A stretch of 34,217 nucleotides of DNA from Octopus bimaculoides (GCF_001194135.2 NC_068992.1:51721622-51755838), one strand, 5' to 3'. Counted from the first letter of the stretch, positions 1 through 12,189 are shown. Made by a program: numbers and translations. The notes: generated by a model from the sequence alone, not told the origin.

Positions 1-29
1 TGTGAGTGTGTGTGTTTGTGTATGCGTAC

Positions 30-61
<32 letters not shown>

Positions 62-165
62 ATATATGTATATACATGTGTGTGTGTGAGTGTGTCTTGT
101 GTATGTATGTGCATATACATATGAGTGTGTGTGTATATATATAATGTACATACTCATACATACAT
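1..165. repeat. (TG)n/(TA)n compound microsatellite
   Basis: Directly visible dinucleotide runs. Confidence 0.95.
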
Positions 166-892
166 AAAAGAAACGTATGTGTGTAGTTATGTATCCTATG
201 CATTATTTGAGCTGAGAACAATGAAAAACCTCTGAACAAAATAAGCTGAGTAAATTGATATTTATATTAATATAAATATTGTCACATCCTCGTATATTTT
301 GCTTGTATGCTGCTGCACATATATCAGACAGCATTATTTTAGCTCTACTTTAGTTATACTCTGTATCTATTAAATATAAATATATCAAAATATACAGAAT
401 GACCTCAACGATGACAGATTAAGTTTGATTGCAGTGTCCCATGTGTTATTCTGGTCAAACAAACAAAATTTAGCTAATCAGATACTAGTAGTCTGTGAGC
501 CATTTTTGAGAGATGATGTAAAAATTATCTAACACTTGCTTCATTCACTCAGCACCAGACCAATAAGAGCTATGTTCTCAGTTGCTTTTCACAACTGACA
601 TCAAGGACGGAAACCCACAGAACATAATCAACCTTCTTTTAACTGCTTCCTTTCATGTAACATGATGAATTGAATGCTAAAGACATGGTGATCCCTATTG
701 TGATCAGTTTGGAACATGTTTTCTTCTCTCTCTCTTCTACTCTGCTGCTATGAGCTGCTAGCATGCAAGCATGCTAGCAGAAGATAACTATAACGTTCTC
801 ATATGCACATTTCTTTCTCAAGTTTTTTTTTTTTTTTTCAAACTAGGAAATGCAGATGTGAACCATTTTATCAGAAAGGACTAAAACTTAGC

Positions 893-938
893 ATGACAGA
901 AGCAGCAGTGTCTTGCAATCTATCACAAGAGGAAAAAA
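893..938 (+). CDS. Tentative first coding exon of an unidentified micro-exon gene (MTEAAVSCNLSQEEK, ends phase 1); exon probably starts at 847
   Basis: Strong acceptor T16-caaactag|G at 846/847, ATG at 893, donor AAA|gtaaca; phase fits the next candidate exon. No family recognised. Confidence 0.3.
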
Positions 939-1003
939 GTAACATTCTTTGCCTTGCCAAAGTAATAAGCATTTTCCTCAGTTGTATTTGAATAAGGAAG
1001 ACT

Positions 1004-1216
1004 ATACTCTTTACTCTTTAACTTGTTTCAGTCATTTGACTGTGGCCATGCTGGAGCACCGCCTTTAGTCGAGCAAATCGACCCCAGGACTTATTCTTTG
1101 TAAACCTAGTACTTATTCTATTGGTCTCTTTTGCCGAACGGCTAGGTTACGGGGATATAAACACACCAGCATTGGTTGTGAAGCGATGGTGGGGGGACAA
1201 ACACAGACACACAAAT

Positions 1217-1265
<49 letters not shown>

Positions 1266-1450
1266 CATATACATATACACATATATGACGGGCTTCTTTC
1301 AGTTTCCGTCTACCAAATCCACTCACAAGGCTTTGGTCGGCCCGAGGCTATAGTAGAAGACACTTGCCCAAGGTGTTGTGCAGTGGGACTGAATTCGGAA
1401 CCATGTGGTTAGTAAGCAAGCTACTTACCATACAGCCACTCCTGCGCCTA
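1004..1450 (-). mobile_element. tRNA-derived SINE, family A (tRNA-like head, conserved core, internal CA/TA microsatellite, tail ending gaaacaagtaaaagag), near full length
   Basis: Same modules recur at 1590, 6045, 9013, 9697 and elsewhere; the minus-strand head has A/B-box-like motifs and the core ccttgggcaagtgtcttct...gtgagtggatttggtagacggaaactgaaagaagcccgtc. Confidence 0.9.
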
Positions 1451-1589
1451 TTCATTATCCTTAAAACATCTAAGGTGCAAAAGCATATTGCATGTGATAT
1501 ACTTGCCCATAAACTATTCCCATGGTATTTGAGAAAGGGGACCACTCATTTGTAGTCACATTTGTGGCAAAATATGGACAGATATGTAT

Positions 1590-1970
1590 AAGAGCAGGTG
1601 TGATTGTGTAGTGAAAAGCTTGCTTCACAACCACATAGTTCCAGGTTCAGTCCCACTGTGTGGCACCTTGGGCAAGTGTCTTCTATTATAGCTTTGAGGC
1701 CACCAGAGCTTTGTGAGTGGATTTTGTAGTTGGTAACTGAAAGAATCATGTTGTGTGTGTGTGTGTGTTTGTCCCCCAGTACCACTTGATAACCAGTGCT
1801 GGTGTGTTTAAATCCCCATAACGTAGCAGTTCAGCAAAAGATACCAATAGAATTGGAACCAGGCTTTAAAAAATACATGTACTGGAGGTCAATTTATTTG
1901 AGTAAATGTCTTCATGGTGGTGCCCCAGCATGGCTTCAGTCTAATTAGTGAAACAAATATAAAATAAAAA
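1590..1970 (+). mobile_element. SINE family A, diverged full-length copy
   Basis: Colinear with the reverse complement of 1004-1450. Confidence 0.88.
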
Positions 1971-2052
1971 AATAGTTAGTGCTAATGTAATTTGTGTTGT
2001 TATTTGGTTAATATATGCTGCATTCTATTGTATCTTTCAGCTTTTGTAATTA

Positions 2053-2080
2053 AGAAAGAAAGAAAGAAAGAAAGAAAGAA
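2053..2080. repeat. (GAAA)n tetranucleotide repeat
   Basis: Directly visible. Confidence 0.9.
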
Positions 2081-2212
2081 TCATCCCCTTCATTTGACAT
2101 TTGATAGTTTCAGGCAAATTTCTTTTACATCATCTGTTACAACTCTATGTCACTGAGGTGTGTGCAGCATTGTGTGTTCTTGATATTTGTTTTTGTTGTT
2201 ATTGGAGAGTAC

Positions 2213-2268
2213 ATCATCATCGGTGTCGTCATCATCATCATCGTCGTCGTCATTGTCATCATCATCAT
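2213..2268. repeat. (CAT/CGT)n trinucleotide repeat
   Basis: Directly visible; explains the poly-His/Arg in ORF 2101-2310. Confidence 0.9.
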
Positions 2269-2782
2269 TTTGTTGCGCAGTATGGATATGAAATAACTAA
2301 CTTTTGTTGATTTTTTATCATTTTAACTGTCTAGCCTTAAGAAACAACTTAAGACAGAAAGTACCTTTCTAAGAATATAAGTTAATCAAAGGAGAGAAGA
2401 CTCTTGGAGTGCTCTCAATGTCTTCTTTGATATCCAATCATTTCAGACGGTAGAATAGTTTTTATTTTATTTTTAATTGAATTTCATGCTCCAGTGATAA
2501 CTGATACAACTTTCATTTTTGCTGTTGAAAGAACATACCCATATTCTTGATATTTTTACTATTATAGCAGTATATTTTGAGATTTTCTATTTATATTTCT
2601 GCCATGTGTTTGTCTGAAGAAACTTCAACATCTGTTACATGACATTCTCTTTTCTTTTCTTTCTTTTTTTTCTTACGTCATACATATTGTCTACTTGTCC
2701 AGTTGTTTTGTCTGTCTAAATATTAAAATCCCAGATTATTTGGTCTTCTAGGATTGTTAGAGCCTTGAAATATCATGTAAAA

Positions 2783-3116
2783 GCTAAAGACCCCCTTCAG
2801 TCATAAATGACCGTGGGATTGCAACCTAGAAATTACCCCCCACGGCATAAGCCTGGGCAAGGTTGTTTGTGAAAGAACAGCAGTTGCCCATGCATACCAG
2901 CCTTTCTGCTCCACACCCCTGATATTATTCAAAGGAAAGGCAAAGGCTGATACAGCTTGGCACCAGTGATGTTGCAACACATTTCTACAACTAAGTGAAT
3001 TGGAGCAACGTGAGAATAAAGTATCTTGCTCAAGAACACAACACACAGCCCAGTCCAAGAATTGATCTAAACCACCACATGATTCTGAGCTCAATGCTCT
3101 AACTGCTGAGCCATAT
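2783..3116 (-). mobile_element. tRNA-derived SINE, family E
   Basis: Minus strand begins atggctcagcagttagagcattgagctc (tRNA-like A box), then a B-box remnant and gtgttcttgagcaagatactt, a common SINE central motif. Confidence 0.75.
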
Positions 3117-3563
3117 GTCTTCATATATATATACATATAATTTTTCCTTTCCACAAACTACATGATACAAGTGAAGTTGGAAGAAAGATAAAAGAAAAAC
3201 GTTTTATTAAAATGTTCAAACCTGTTCTGAATGGAAATAACAACAATTATGTAACAACCAGTTAATGATGTGGGTTAAAAAATATCTTAAACATATGAAT
3301 AGAAACAAATTACAGAAGGTTGCCCCCCAACTGAAATAAAAATGATCAAAACCAACTAAGTTTTCTCACTCATAAAACCATTAAATCTAAACTGCAAGCT
3401 AATTGGTTAAAATAAATGTGGGATCTACGCCAATAAAACAGGTGGCTCCATCAAATCATAATGTTTAAGATGTATGCAGATTGGTCAAAACTGCATTCGA
3501 AAAATTTAGCATTTTGGAGCCTTCTAAGAGGTATAAAAAGGAAGAAGTCACTCATTTTAATAC

Positions 3564-3890
3564 AATAAGTACTGGATGAACACTGGCTGTTGATGTAATT
3601 GACTTTCTCTATCCCCATAAAGTGCTGGTCTTGTGCCAAAATCTGAAATCATTATGATTATTATCAAGATAGTGAATTACCAGTATCATTAGTATACCAC
3701 ACAAAATGCTTAGAGGCATTTCGTCTAGTTTTATACTTTTAAGCTCAAATTCCATTGAGGTTAACTTTGTCTTTTATCCTTTTAGGGTCGATAAATCAAG
3801 TACAAGTTGAACATTGTGGCGGATATAATTCACTAGCTCCCACCCCATAAATCTCAGGCTTTGTGCCTACAGTAGAAAAAAATTATTATT
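3564..3890 (+). mobile_element. Nin/Deu-domain-type tRNA SINE (family B): a 3' remnant followed by a full copy
   Basis: actttgtcttttatcctttttagggtcgataaatcaagtac matches the copies at 5752 and 8273 and the Nin-domain motif ctttcatcctttcggggtcgataaaataagtacc. Confidence 0.8.
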
Positions 3891-4051
3891 ATTGTTGACA
3901 TAGTTGCTTCATCAAAAGCACTGTTTTAACTCATATTTATATGTACACACCATATCATAAGCAAAAACATCAATTGATGCCTTCATTTCACTGCAGTTTG
4001 ATCTTGAAGAGTAAATATAAATACACCCAGGTATTTTGTTTTTCTTGCCAG

Positions 4052-4074
4052 AAAATGAAGAAGATGCTGCAAAT
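4052..4074 (+). CDS. Tentative micro-exon (23 nt, (K)NEEDAAN, phase 1 to 0)
   Basis: Acceptor tttttcttgccag, donor AAT|gtgagg; open frame, phase-compatible with both neighbours. Confidence 0.35.
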
Positions 4075-4655
4075 GTGAGGTGACAACCATATCAACTCTG
4101 CCAATTTATTTTCATGTCATAACAAAACAGTCTAAACAGACATTTTACAGGCGTACATAATGTAATTTATTTTATACATTTACACCATAACATAAATACA
4201 GATCGTATATGATAAGCTTGCAAGTATTTTCGTGTTAGTCAAGGAAATATGTGATTGTGTGTATGTGTGAGTATTGGAGTATGATTGAGTGAATGTGCTC
4301 CTGTGTTAGTGCCTTGAACGACATAGTCATTGTCTGTTTTGTGGTAATTTATATCAAATATATTTAATGAGTAGGTTTACACTACGTGGCAGAAGAGATA
4401 TTAAAGACAAGCTTGTCCTAAGATCTATTTGTAGACTTATAGATTACAATATAATATGCAACTCCAAATAATAAATGACCAAAGATCACACTCGCTAATA
4501 CTGTCGAAGCAATAGCAATAAAGTTATGTCTCAAAATGTAATTTATAACTTTCTGATTCCCAAACACTTTTTCATAGTATAGAAAGATATTACATTCTGA
4601 GGGTATCATAGTAAAAATCATATTTATGAGAATCATAATTATATAAATCTTTTAG

Positions 4656-4693
4656 GTTTCAACCAGTAACGGGCATCTCTGTCACATAGCTAA
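4656..4693 (+). CDS. Tentative micro-exon (38 nt, VSTSNGHLCHIA(K), phase 0 to 2)
   Basis: Acceptor aaatcttttag, donor TAA|gtaagt; only one frame is open and it fits the chain. Confidence 0.38.
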
Positions 4694-5446
4694 GTAAGTG
4701 CCCTGGGATTTCCACCTTTTCAAGATTATGAATGGTAAATATTTATAGAAATATAGCAGCTTCATATGGTTAAGAATGTGGGAATAGTTGTTCCATGAAG
4801 ATAATAGATTTTGTTAAGTTCAATAGGCACCATGACTGGTATGATAGATTTTCTGACAAAGAGGTCGAAATATGTCAATCAAGTAAGGTTGCTAATTATT
4901 GACACAGAAAAAGATGGTGTCTTAAGCCTTTTGATACCAACGTACTTCAGACTACCCCTGGTTCTATAACATAAACTGATCATTTTAAAGTGGTTTAAAT
5001 TATAATCTTCCATCAAAATTTTAGGCTGAATGTTTCCAGGCCCCATTAGAAAGTTATTTTACTATAGCATAAACTAACTGTCTATAACATAAACTTACCA
5101 TTTTTCTGGCAGCTTTTTTAATATTTCAGATGAATCCAAATTTCTATTTGGTTACAAGTTTATTGACATTAGATGTCTCATGAGCAATTTAATGGGTTAA
5201 TAAATGTAGAACATGCAGAAATAACACATCCTCAGCAAAAAAACTAAAAAATTTAGTCAACAAAATTGAAAGTACCAGTTCATTGCATTGAACGTCTACT
5301 TTTCCAAACCAAAAAGAAAATGGTGAATACAAACAAAGAAATAGTAGAAGTTCACAAAGTGAACTTGACCGAATGAGAAAAAGTATAGTGCAAAAACCTT
5401 CATACTTCATTGATTGATAATAGGTAAGTTCTCTCAAGTGTGACAG

Positions 5447-5478
5447 ATTTACTTTAGAGAATTATAGAAGTGCATCTT
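5447..5478 (+). CDS. Tentative micro-exon (32 nt, FTLENYRSAS(L), phase 2 to 1)
   Basis: Acceptor ctctcaagtgtgacag (modest), donor CTT|gtgagt; phase-compatible. Confidence 0.35.
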
Positions 5479-5751
5479 GTGAGTATTCATGATGAGTCAA
5501 AATCTCCTTTATAGTGACTAGCTTAGCCTTTTATTGAACAACTTTGTATTTGCATTGGCTGACTGAATATCTAAATCTGAGGAATGATTCTATACTTTAT
5601 TCTGTCATTGTACACTGGAGAATCACTCGTAGCTTTTAATTTATACTTGAAAGAAATTATAGAAAGAATCATAGGTTTCTGAAATTGACACAAGAGCACC
5701 ATCTACCCTAAAAAAAGTAAGTGTATAACTGGTTAAATCTAGTACTTAAAT

Positions 5752-5897
5752 CAAGGTGTTGAGCTGGCAGACTCGTTAGCATACCAGGCAAATTGCTTAG
5801 CAGCAATTACATTGTGAGTTCACATTTTGCCAAGGTCAACTTTGCCTTTCATCTTTTTGGGGTCGATAAAATAAGTACCAGTGGAACAATGGAATCC
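5752..5897 (+). mobile_element. SINE family B (Nin-domain type), 3' truncated
   Basis: gagctggcagactcgttagc head and actttgcctttcatctttttggggtcgataaaataagtaccag core. Confidence 0.88.
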
Positions 5898-5900
5898 AAA

Positions 5901-6033
5901 TTCACTCACATGGCATTAGCTTGACTAGAACTATGGTAGAAGATGCTTGTCCAAAATGCCAGACTGTAGGATTGAACTCTAAACCACATGGTTGCACAGT
6001 AACCTTCTTAATCCCACTATTATGCCTGTACCT
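5901..6033 (-). mobile_element. SINE family A, diverged head/core fragment
   Basis: Aligns to 1320-1450. Confidence 0.7.
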
Positions 6034-6044
6034 ATCAAGTATTT

Positions 6045-6440
6045 TATTCTTTCATTCTTTTACTTGTTTCCGTCATTTGACTGTGACCATGCTGTAGCAG
6101 TACCTTAAGGGGTTTTAGATGAACAAATTAACCCCAGGACTTATTTTTTGTAAGCCTAGTACTTATTCTATCGGTCTCTTTTGCCGAACTGCTTAGTTAC
6201 AGGGACATAAACACACCAACACCGGTTGTCAAGTGTTGGTGACAAACACACACACACACACACACATATATATATGACAAGTTTCTTTCAGTTTCCTTCA
6301 ACTAAATCCACTCACAAGGCTTTGGTTGACCTGCAGCTATAGTAAAAGACACTTGCCCAAGGTGCCATGGAGTGGGACTGAACCCAGAGCCATGTGGTTG
6401 GGAAACAAGCTTCTTACCACACAACCACACCTGCGCCTGT
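6045..6440 (-). mobile_element. SINE family A, full length
   Basis: Colinear with 1004-1450 at high identity. Confidence 0.9.
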
Positions 6441-6794
6441 TGAATATGCTAACATTTATTCTTCATTTTATTCTTATTCATTTTCTGTTACAGTTGAAAT
6501 ATCGACATTCTGTATAGCAAATATCCACAAGTCATAAATGCGAAAGTTAAATAAATAAACAAATAGATAAAAGAAGAATAAAACAGATAAAATAAGAATA
6601 AAACAGATTATTAAATAAGAAATGTTTAAAATGATAAAAAAATTGGTTTTGTCTAAAAATATATATTTAAGAAAAGTGGATATGCCAACAATTTATATCT
6701 CAATTAACATTGTCTATGAAATAATCTTTTTTTTCTTTTCAGCAGATTTCCTTTTAAAACTAACATAAAAATTTCCGTTTTGTTGGAATTATTG

Positions 6795-6956
6795 NNNNNN
6801 NNNNNNNNNNNNNNNNNNNNNNNNNNNNNNNNNNNNNNNNNNNNNNNNNNNNNNNNNNNNNNNNNNNNNNNNNNNNNNNNNNNNNNNNNNNNNNNNNNNN
6901 NNNNNNNNNNNNNNNNNNNNNNNNNNNNNNNNNNNNNNNNNNNNNNNNNNNNNNNN
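6795..6956. other. Assembly gap (162 N)
   Basis: N run. Confidence 0.99.
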
Positions 6957-8272
6957 AAATTTTGATCATTCAATTAACTCTGCAACAACAGAGGGAGAAA
7001 AAATAAAAACATAAAAAAGATATTTATTTGTTTCTTATACTGAAATAAATAAAATGTCATAATTTTATCAGTAAATATATTCTGAAAAATGTCTCAAACA
7101 AACCAAAAAAAAAAAAAAAAAATTTTTTTAAAAAGAAAATATTGCAGTTGGTGTAAACCATGGATAAATGTTTTTAAAAAATAAAAAGTGAAGAATAAAA
7201 CTGACACACAATGTTAAGGTTTATCGTACATCGAACAATAACAATATTTCTATATTTCTATTTTTTGCCTGTGAAATAAGGAAATTATCATCCAAACTCC
7301 ATTAAGATGACAGGTATAAGTATATTAACAAGTAATAACATTCAAATAAAGGTAATATTAAACTCCAGACACCTATTACATCTGTATTTGCTTGCAACTG
7401 TGGTGAATCATCATCATCACTTAACGTCTGTTTTCCATGCTAGCACAGAGTATTAAAGTAAAATATAGATTTCTTCTGTTGTTCTAGAACATTTCTCCAT
7501 CTCTGCTGTGTATTCTGTTTAAATATGTATTACATTTTTTCTCTCATTATTGAAATTGCATAGCTTTGCCATTTTGAAATTGAATACTCTTATGCACAGC
7601 ACCCAAATATAATGGAATTTAAATTTTCTATATATTCACATATTTACTGTTAGTGGAATATTCCAATCATATCTATTTGAAGGAGAACTCTCTCAGAACC
7701 GAATAGTAGAATATATCTTCTTCGTTTATTCATTCAATAACCACTAGTTTATATGACTTAGTCATCTCTCATCAATTTCATTTGGTTCATCTGGAGATCT
7801 TTAACCTCATTTTACAATCTCTAATTATTTACTGCAGTTGAACAACATATTTTCATACAGAAATGAACTCCTCTGATTGGTGAATATTGAATAGCTGCCA
7901 AACAATGTTATTTCCTGTGTCATATTATTTGTAATGCTTTTGGTTAGTTACAGAACAACTATTAAGTAATACTCTGCAACTACTACATAGATCTGGAACT
8001 TCACAGTGTAGTAATGCCTAAATGTAACATGCCAATGGTGAAGGAAGTTGCCTCTTTAAATGCCAAAAGTTCGCTAAATCAAAGGTAACCTAGTGAGGCA
8101 TATGCTATTCTTTTTAATATGAGAAAACAAAGCTTTTTATACAATACAGATTAGTGTGCAATAACAGTTATTTCTAGTAAGGAGTGTGTACTTTAAAGAT
8201 ACGATTTTGCCAGTGTAGTTGATGAGGATGTTGTTTTGACTACATTACCAATGCCAGTACATTAGTGTTATT

Positions 8273-8490
8273 AAGGTAGTGAGCTGGCAGAAAAGTTAGT
8301 ATGGTGGGCAAAATGCTTAGCAGCTTTTTGTCCATCTTTATGTTCTGAGTTCAAATTCCGCTGAGGTCGACTTTGCCATTAATCCTTTCATGGTTGATAA
8401 ATTAAATACCAGTGAAACATTGGATCAATGTAATCGACTAACCCTTCCCCTCAAAATTTCAGGCCTTGTGCCTTTAATAGAAAGGTTTAT
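8273..8490 (+). mobile_element. SINE family B (Nin-domain type), full length
   Basis: Head gagctggcagaaaagttagt, B box gagttcaaattcc, core gtcgactttgcc...gataaaattaaataccag, tail aggccttgtgcctttaatagaaagg. Confidence 0.9.
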
Positions 8491-8544
8491 TTAAGCCAGC
8501 AAGCTGGCAGAATTGTTAGTATCCTCCTCCAGCTCCTCCTCCGC

Positions 8545-8722
8545 ATCATCTTCATTAGATGTCTGTTTTCCATGCTTGCATGGGTTGGATGATTTGACTG
8601 GGACTAGCTAAGTTGAAGATCTGCACCAGGCTCCAGTCATCTGTTCTGGCTTGGTTTCTATGCATGGATGCCCTTCCTAATACCAACCACTTTACAGAGT
8701 GTACTCGATGTTATTACATGTG
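8545..8722 (-). mobile_element. RTE-tailed SINE/LINE 3' end (family C), truncated
   Basis: ttttccatgcttgcatgggttggatgatttgact...ggatgcccttcctaataccaaccact matches 13110-13260. Confidence 0.85.
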
Positions 8723-8723
8723 A

Positions 8724-8927
8724 TCAGAGATGCACATATCATCAGCCACCAAGGGACATGCTCAACTGGTTAAGGTCAAACAACTGACAAGCAAATCTGT
8801 GGTATTAAGCAGAATATTTGCTGTAGCCCATCTTTTTATACCAAGACAAAACAATGTACATGATTACACTTCCAATCAATTAAGATCAGAAGCCATGAGA
8901 GCCACTGCCTGGCACTGCATCCAGGCA

Positions 8928-8930
<3 letters not shown>
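8724..8930. repeat. Unclassified interspersed repeat (family D)
   Basis: cagccaccaagggacatgctcaactggttaaggtcaaacaactgacaagcaaatctgtggtatt recurs at 12960-13040. Confidence 0.75.

Positions 8931-9012
<82 letters not shown>
8929..9012. repeat. (TAT)n(TAG)n compound microsatellite
   Basis: Directly visible. Confidence 0.95.
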
Positions 9013-9392
9013 CCATGGATGTGTTGTTGAGAAGCTGGTATCTTAACTATGTGGTCTTGCCTTCAGTTACACTCTACTGCACCTTGGCAAGTGTCCTCTA
9101 CTATAGCTCTGGACTGACCAAAGTCTTCTGAGTGCATTTGGTAGATGGAAACTAAAAGAATCCCAGTATATATGCGTGTTTTGTGTTTGCTCCCCACTAC
9201 CACTTGACAACCACTGTTGTTTCGTTTATGTTTCCATAACTTAGTGGTCCTTCAAAAGAGATGATAGAATAAGTACCTGACAAAATAAAATTTAAAAAAT
9301 AGTCGGGTCACTATTTTTGATTAAACACTTCAAAGTGGTACCCCATTATACTGCAGTCACATGACTGAAACATTTAAAAGATAAAAAGATTA
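9013..9392 (+). mobile_element. SINE family A, old diverged copy
   Basis: Core and tail motifs colinear with 1590-1970. Confidence 0.8.
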
Positions 9393-9696
9393 TTTTTATT
9401 ACTCAGGCTACTAGATCCCAAATCCATAGAGCTTATACTTTCAGCCATCCACTTTCTCATATCTGATGTACATTTATAAAACTTCTCTATCTGTGCTGTA
9501 AGTTGGTGCGTGCAGTAAAGCCTTGTTAGTCATTTACTTTCACTTTCCATCTCGATAGCCATTTAACTGATCTTATATCAAAGTCATGAATCTGAGGATA
9601 TTGATGTGGTAACAGTGATAACGAATTCATTGATAATATTGAATTATAGAATGGCTACTAAAGCCACACGTGTTTGCAAAAAAAAAATACTCAATA

Positions 9697-9980
9697 CTTT
9701 TATCTTTCATCTTGTTTCACTCATTAGATTGCGGTCATTTCGCCTCGAAGAATTTTTAGTCAAATGAATCAACCCAGTACTTATGTTTTTTTGAAGTCTG
9801 TTACATATTCTATTGGTTTATTTTGCCAAACCACTAAGTTATGCAGGTGGAAACAAGCCAACACCAGTGTCAAGACGTTGTGGAGGACATCCTCAGGCAC
9901 AAAACTCTCACACAGTGGGACTGGACTCAGAACCATGTGATTGGGAAGTAAATTTCTTACCACATAACCATACCTAATTA
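9697..9980 (-). mobile_element. SINE family A, internally deleted
   Basis: Tail (cttgtttcactcatt...ttgccaaaccactaagtt) joined to head (cagtgggactggactcagaaccatgtg). Confidence 0.75.
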
Positions 9981-10726
9981 CACTGTCTCCAATATTCGAT
10001 TAAAGCTTATTTTATCAATCACTGAATGATATTTTTTATTTTCTTGTCAAGAAAAGATGGCAGTGTCTATGATCCTTAACCTTCACAGGGCCTCTGAGAC
10101 TGATGAAAGAGACAGAGAGAGAGAGGTGTTCCCAAATCAGAGACCTTGGCCAAAGGTTTGCAACAGAATGAAATTTTCTAAAGCCAAACAGTCATTTGAT
10201 GGTGTTAAACTAAGCAATGGAGTATGTCTACCATTCAGCAAAGTCAAATTCAATTTAATATCAAATCAGAAAGCCATAACTAAAAGCAGCAAGATATTTT
10301 GTCTTCTGTTGCTCAACCAAAACAAGCATTCACTAATAATTTAAAATAGTGGTAATGTAATGATGTTTTGCATATTATTACTGACAATAATGAAATAGCA
10401 GGTAAAAGACAGGATGATGATGCTGTTGCTGTTTTGTTGATTGCTAGAAGTTACAAATGTTGTTTATAGAAATAGCAATATTGAGGAATTCGCAATGATG
10501 ACAGTAATAGTGGTGAGATTATGATGATGACAATAGTAGTGAGACTGTATGGAAGAATGATATTAGTTATAGTAATGTTAGTCACAATAGTTCTGGATAT
10601 AAATGAGCATAAGAGGCACATTAATACTAATGGCTAATTATTGTCATGACAAAGAAAATGTGCCGTAGGTATACATATGTGTGTGTATGCATCATCATTA
10701 TCACCATCATCAGCAACAACATTTAA

Positions 10727-11180
10727 TGGAAGACCCTATGTCTGGCAACAGGTCTCTGCACCATGCCACACAAGCAGGAGAACCCAATCATGGCGGCTGT
10801 CAGACAATTTCTGTGACCACATCACTACTAACATCTGTCCACTTAATCCCCTAGACTGCAAACCCCTTGATTATTATGTGTTGGTGCAGTTGAGTGAAGG
10901 ACCGACAAAACTTCTTATAATACCAAAGATGAACTGAAGGCAAGGATTATGGCATTATTCACCAACTTAAACAAGGAGACATCCAGAAGAGTTGCAGGCG
11001 ATTCTGAGGTCATCTGGAGGCTGTGGTTGAAGCCAATGGCGATTTTACTGAACAGATTTACTCTTTCATATTCCAAGATATTTTGTTGTAATTTTGGTAA
11101 ATATACCTGTTAAGACGAGATGTCAGTGTTATCTTCCTTTTTGCATAATTTGGATGACAATTTATTCACCACACCGTGTA
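10727..11180 (+). mobile_element. Tc1/mariner transposon relic, maT/DD37D-like: 3' half of transposase pseudogene, right TIR and TA
   Basis: Translates GRPYVWQQVSAPCHTSRRTQSW..DNFCDHITTNICPLNPLDCKPLDYYV (WQQDSAP-H...WPPNSPDLNPLDYY motif); after a frameshift KDELKARIMALFTNLNKE..HLEAVVEANGDF; ends ggatgacaatttattcaccacaccgtg|TA. Confidence 0.88.
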
Positions 11181-11631
11181 GGTATATTTGTGTGTGTATG
11201 TATTTGTGTGTGTGTGTGTGTGTGACTTATGTAAATGGCAAGTCTTTAGGTTCTCCATACTCTCTATGTTTCCAAAATCCTCATTCTAGTACGTTTTGGT
11301 ATTCCATTATAAAACTGAACTTACTGCCCTCCTCTTATTCTCATTTCTTGAGCAAGCTGTTAATATTATGCAAGAGATTATCTACATGTGTACATACATT
11401 TTAAATGAACTGATATCAAAAGACAATAAATTAGGTATTTCTTTAAAATATTCAACATCATGTTCACTCAACTTTGAGCTATGTTCTTGTGCAATTCTTT
11501 CTAATGAACAAAATTCCTGCTATATTTAAACATTAGAATGGCAAGCTAAAGAGAGTCTCTGATAATGTGTGTTTTAAAAAAGTAAATGTATAATATTTTT
11601 TCTGGCCAATTTTATTCTGTTTCTTTTTCAG

Positions 11632-11663
11632 TAACAACTTACCTTTTTAAACCTGAAGAACAG
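11632..11663 (+). CDS. Tentative micro-exon (32 nt, (L)TTYLFKPEEQ, phase 1 to 0)
   Basis: Very strong acceptor ttttattctgtttctttttcag, donor CAG|gtatca; the only open frame fits the chain. Confidence 0.42.
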
Positions 11664-11713
11664 GTATCACTATTTTAACAATCTACACTGAGAGAATCAC
11701 AGAAACTGTAGAT

Positions 11714-11928
11714 GAGGGGTCCCTGAAAAGTTCCTGGCTTTATGGGTATCACAAAAGGCCTGGTTAAAAGCCCAACCTTCCAAATTCTTTTACAGGGCTT
11801 AGAAAAACTGAAGGACCACTGCAATAAGTGTGTGAATCTGAGAGGGGGATATGCTGAATAAAATGATAATTACCTGATCCTCCTGTATTTTCTTTTACCC
11901 AAAGCCAGGAACTTTTCAGCACCACCTC
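11714..11928 (+). mobile_element. Mariner-derived non-autonomous element (MITE-like deletion derivative)
   Basis: TIRs gaggggtccctgaaaagttcctggcttt and aaagccaggaacttttcagcaccacctc; the interior encodes GLEKLKDHCNKCVNLRGGYAE*, like the mariner C-terminus KL..RW.KCV...GDY.E*. Confidence 0.85.
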
Positions 11929-12189
11929 CCACAGACAGCCAAGTGTTTAATTCATAAATATTCCCTGTCCTTAGTCTGTTTTGTGCTGTACTGTGTATCA
12001 CTCCATCCATGCCCATCACGTCTGTTTGATTTAGTGTCCTTTAACGATTTCTGTTCAAAAATGCTAGATTTTGATGTAACACAGCTTGCTAACCTCTACT
12101 TCATTTCTCATCATCTACCCTACCTTAGGACAAGCTGACTGGAACCTCATTTGAATAACAATAATTAGTTGGAAATTGGTTGATTCTGG

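Noticed and set aside
5130-5423. CxxC-containing frame fragments and a strong donor at 5423, suggesting a Mutator-like relic or an exon
   Set aside because: Stops in all frames and no convincing motif match
6704-6973. ORFs spanning the first N gap
   Set aside because: Open only because N codons translate as X
8730-9131. 133-aa ORF with a poly-Leu/poly-Val, transmembrane-like stretch
   Set aside because: Translation of a (TAT)n(TAG)n microsatellite between two repeats
9580-9620. SHESEDIDVVTV, resembling the Myc box IIIb EEIDVV
   Set aside because: In-frame stop just upstream, no splice acceptor, no other Myc features
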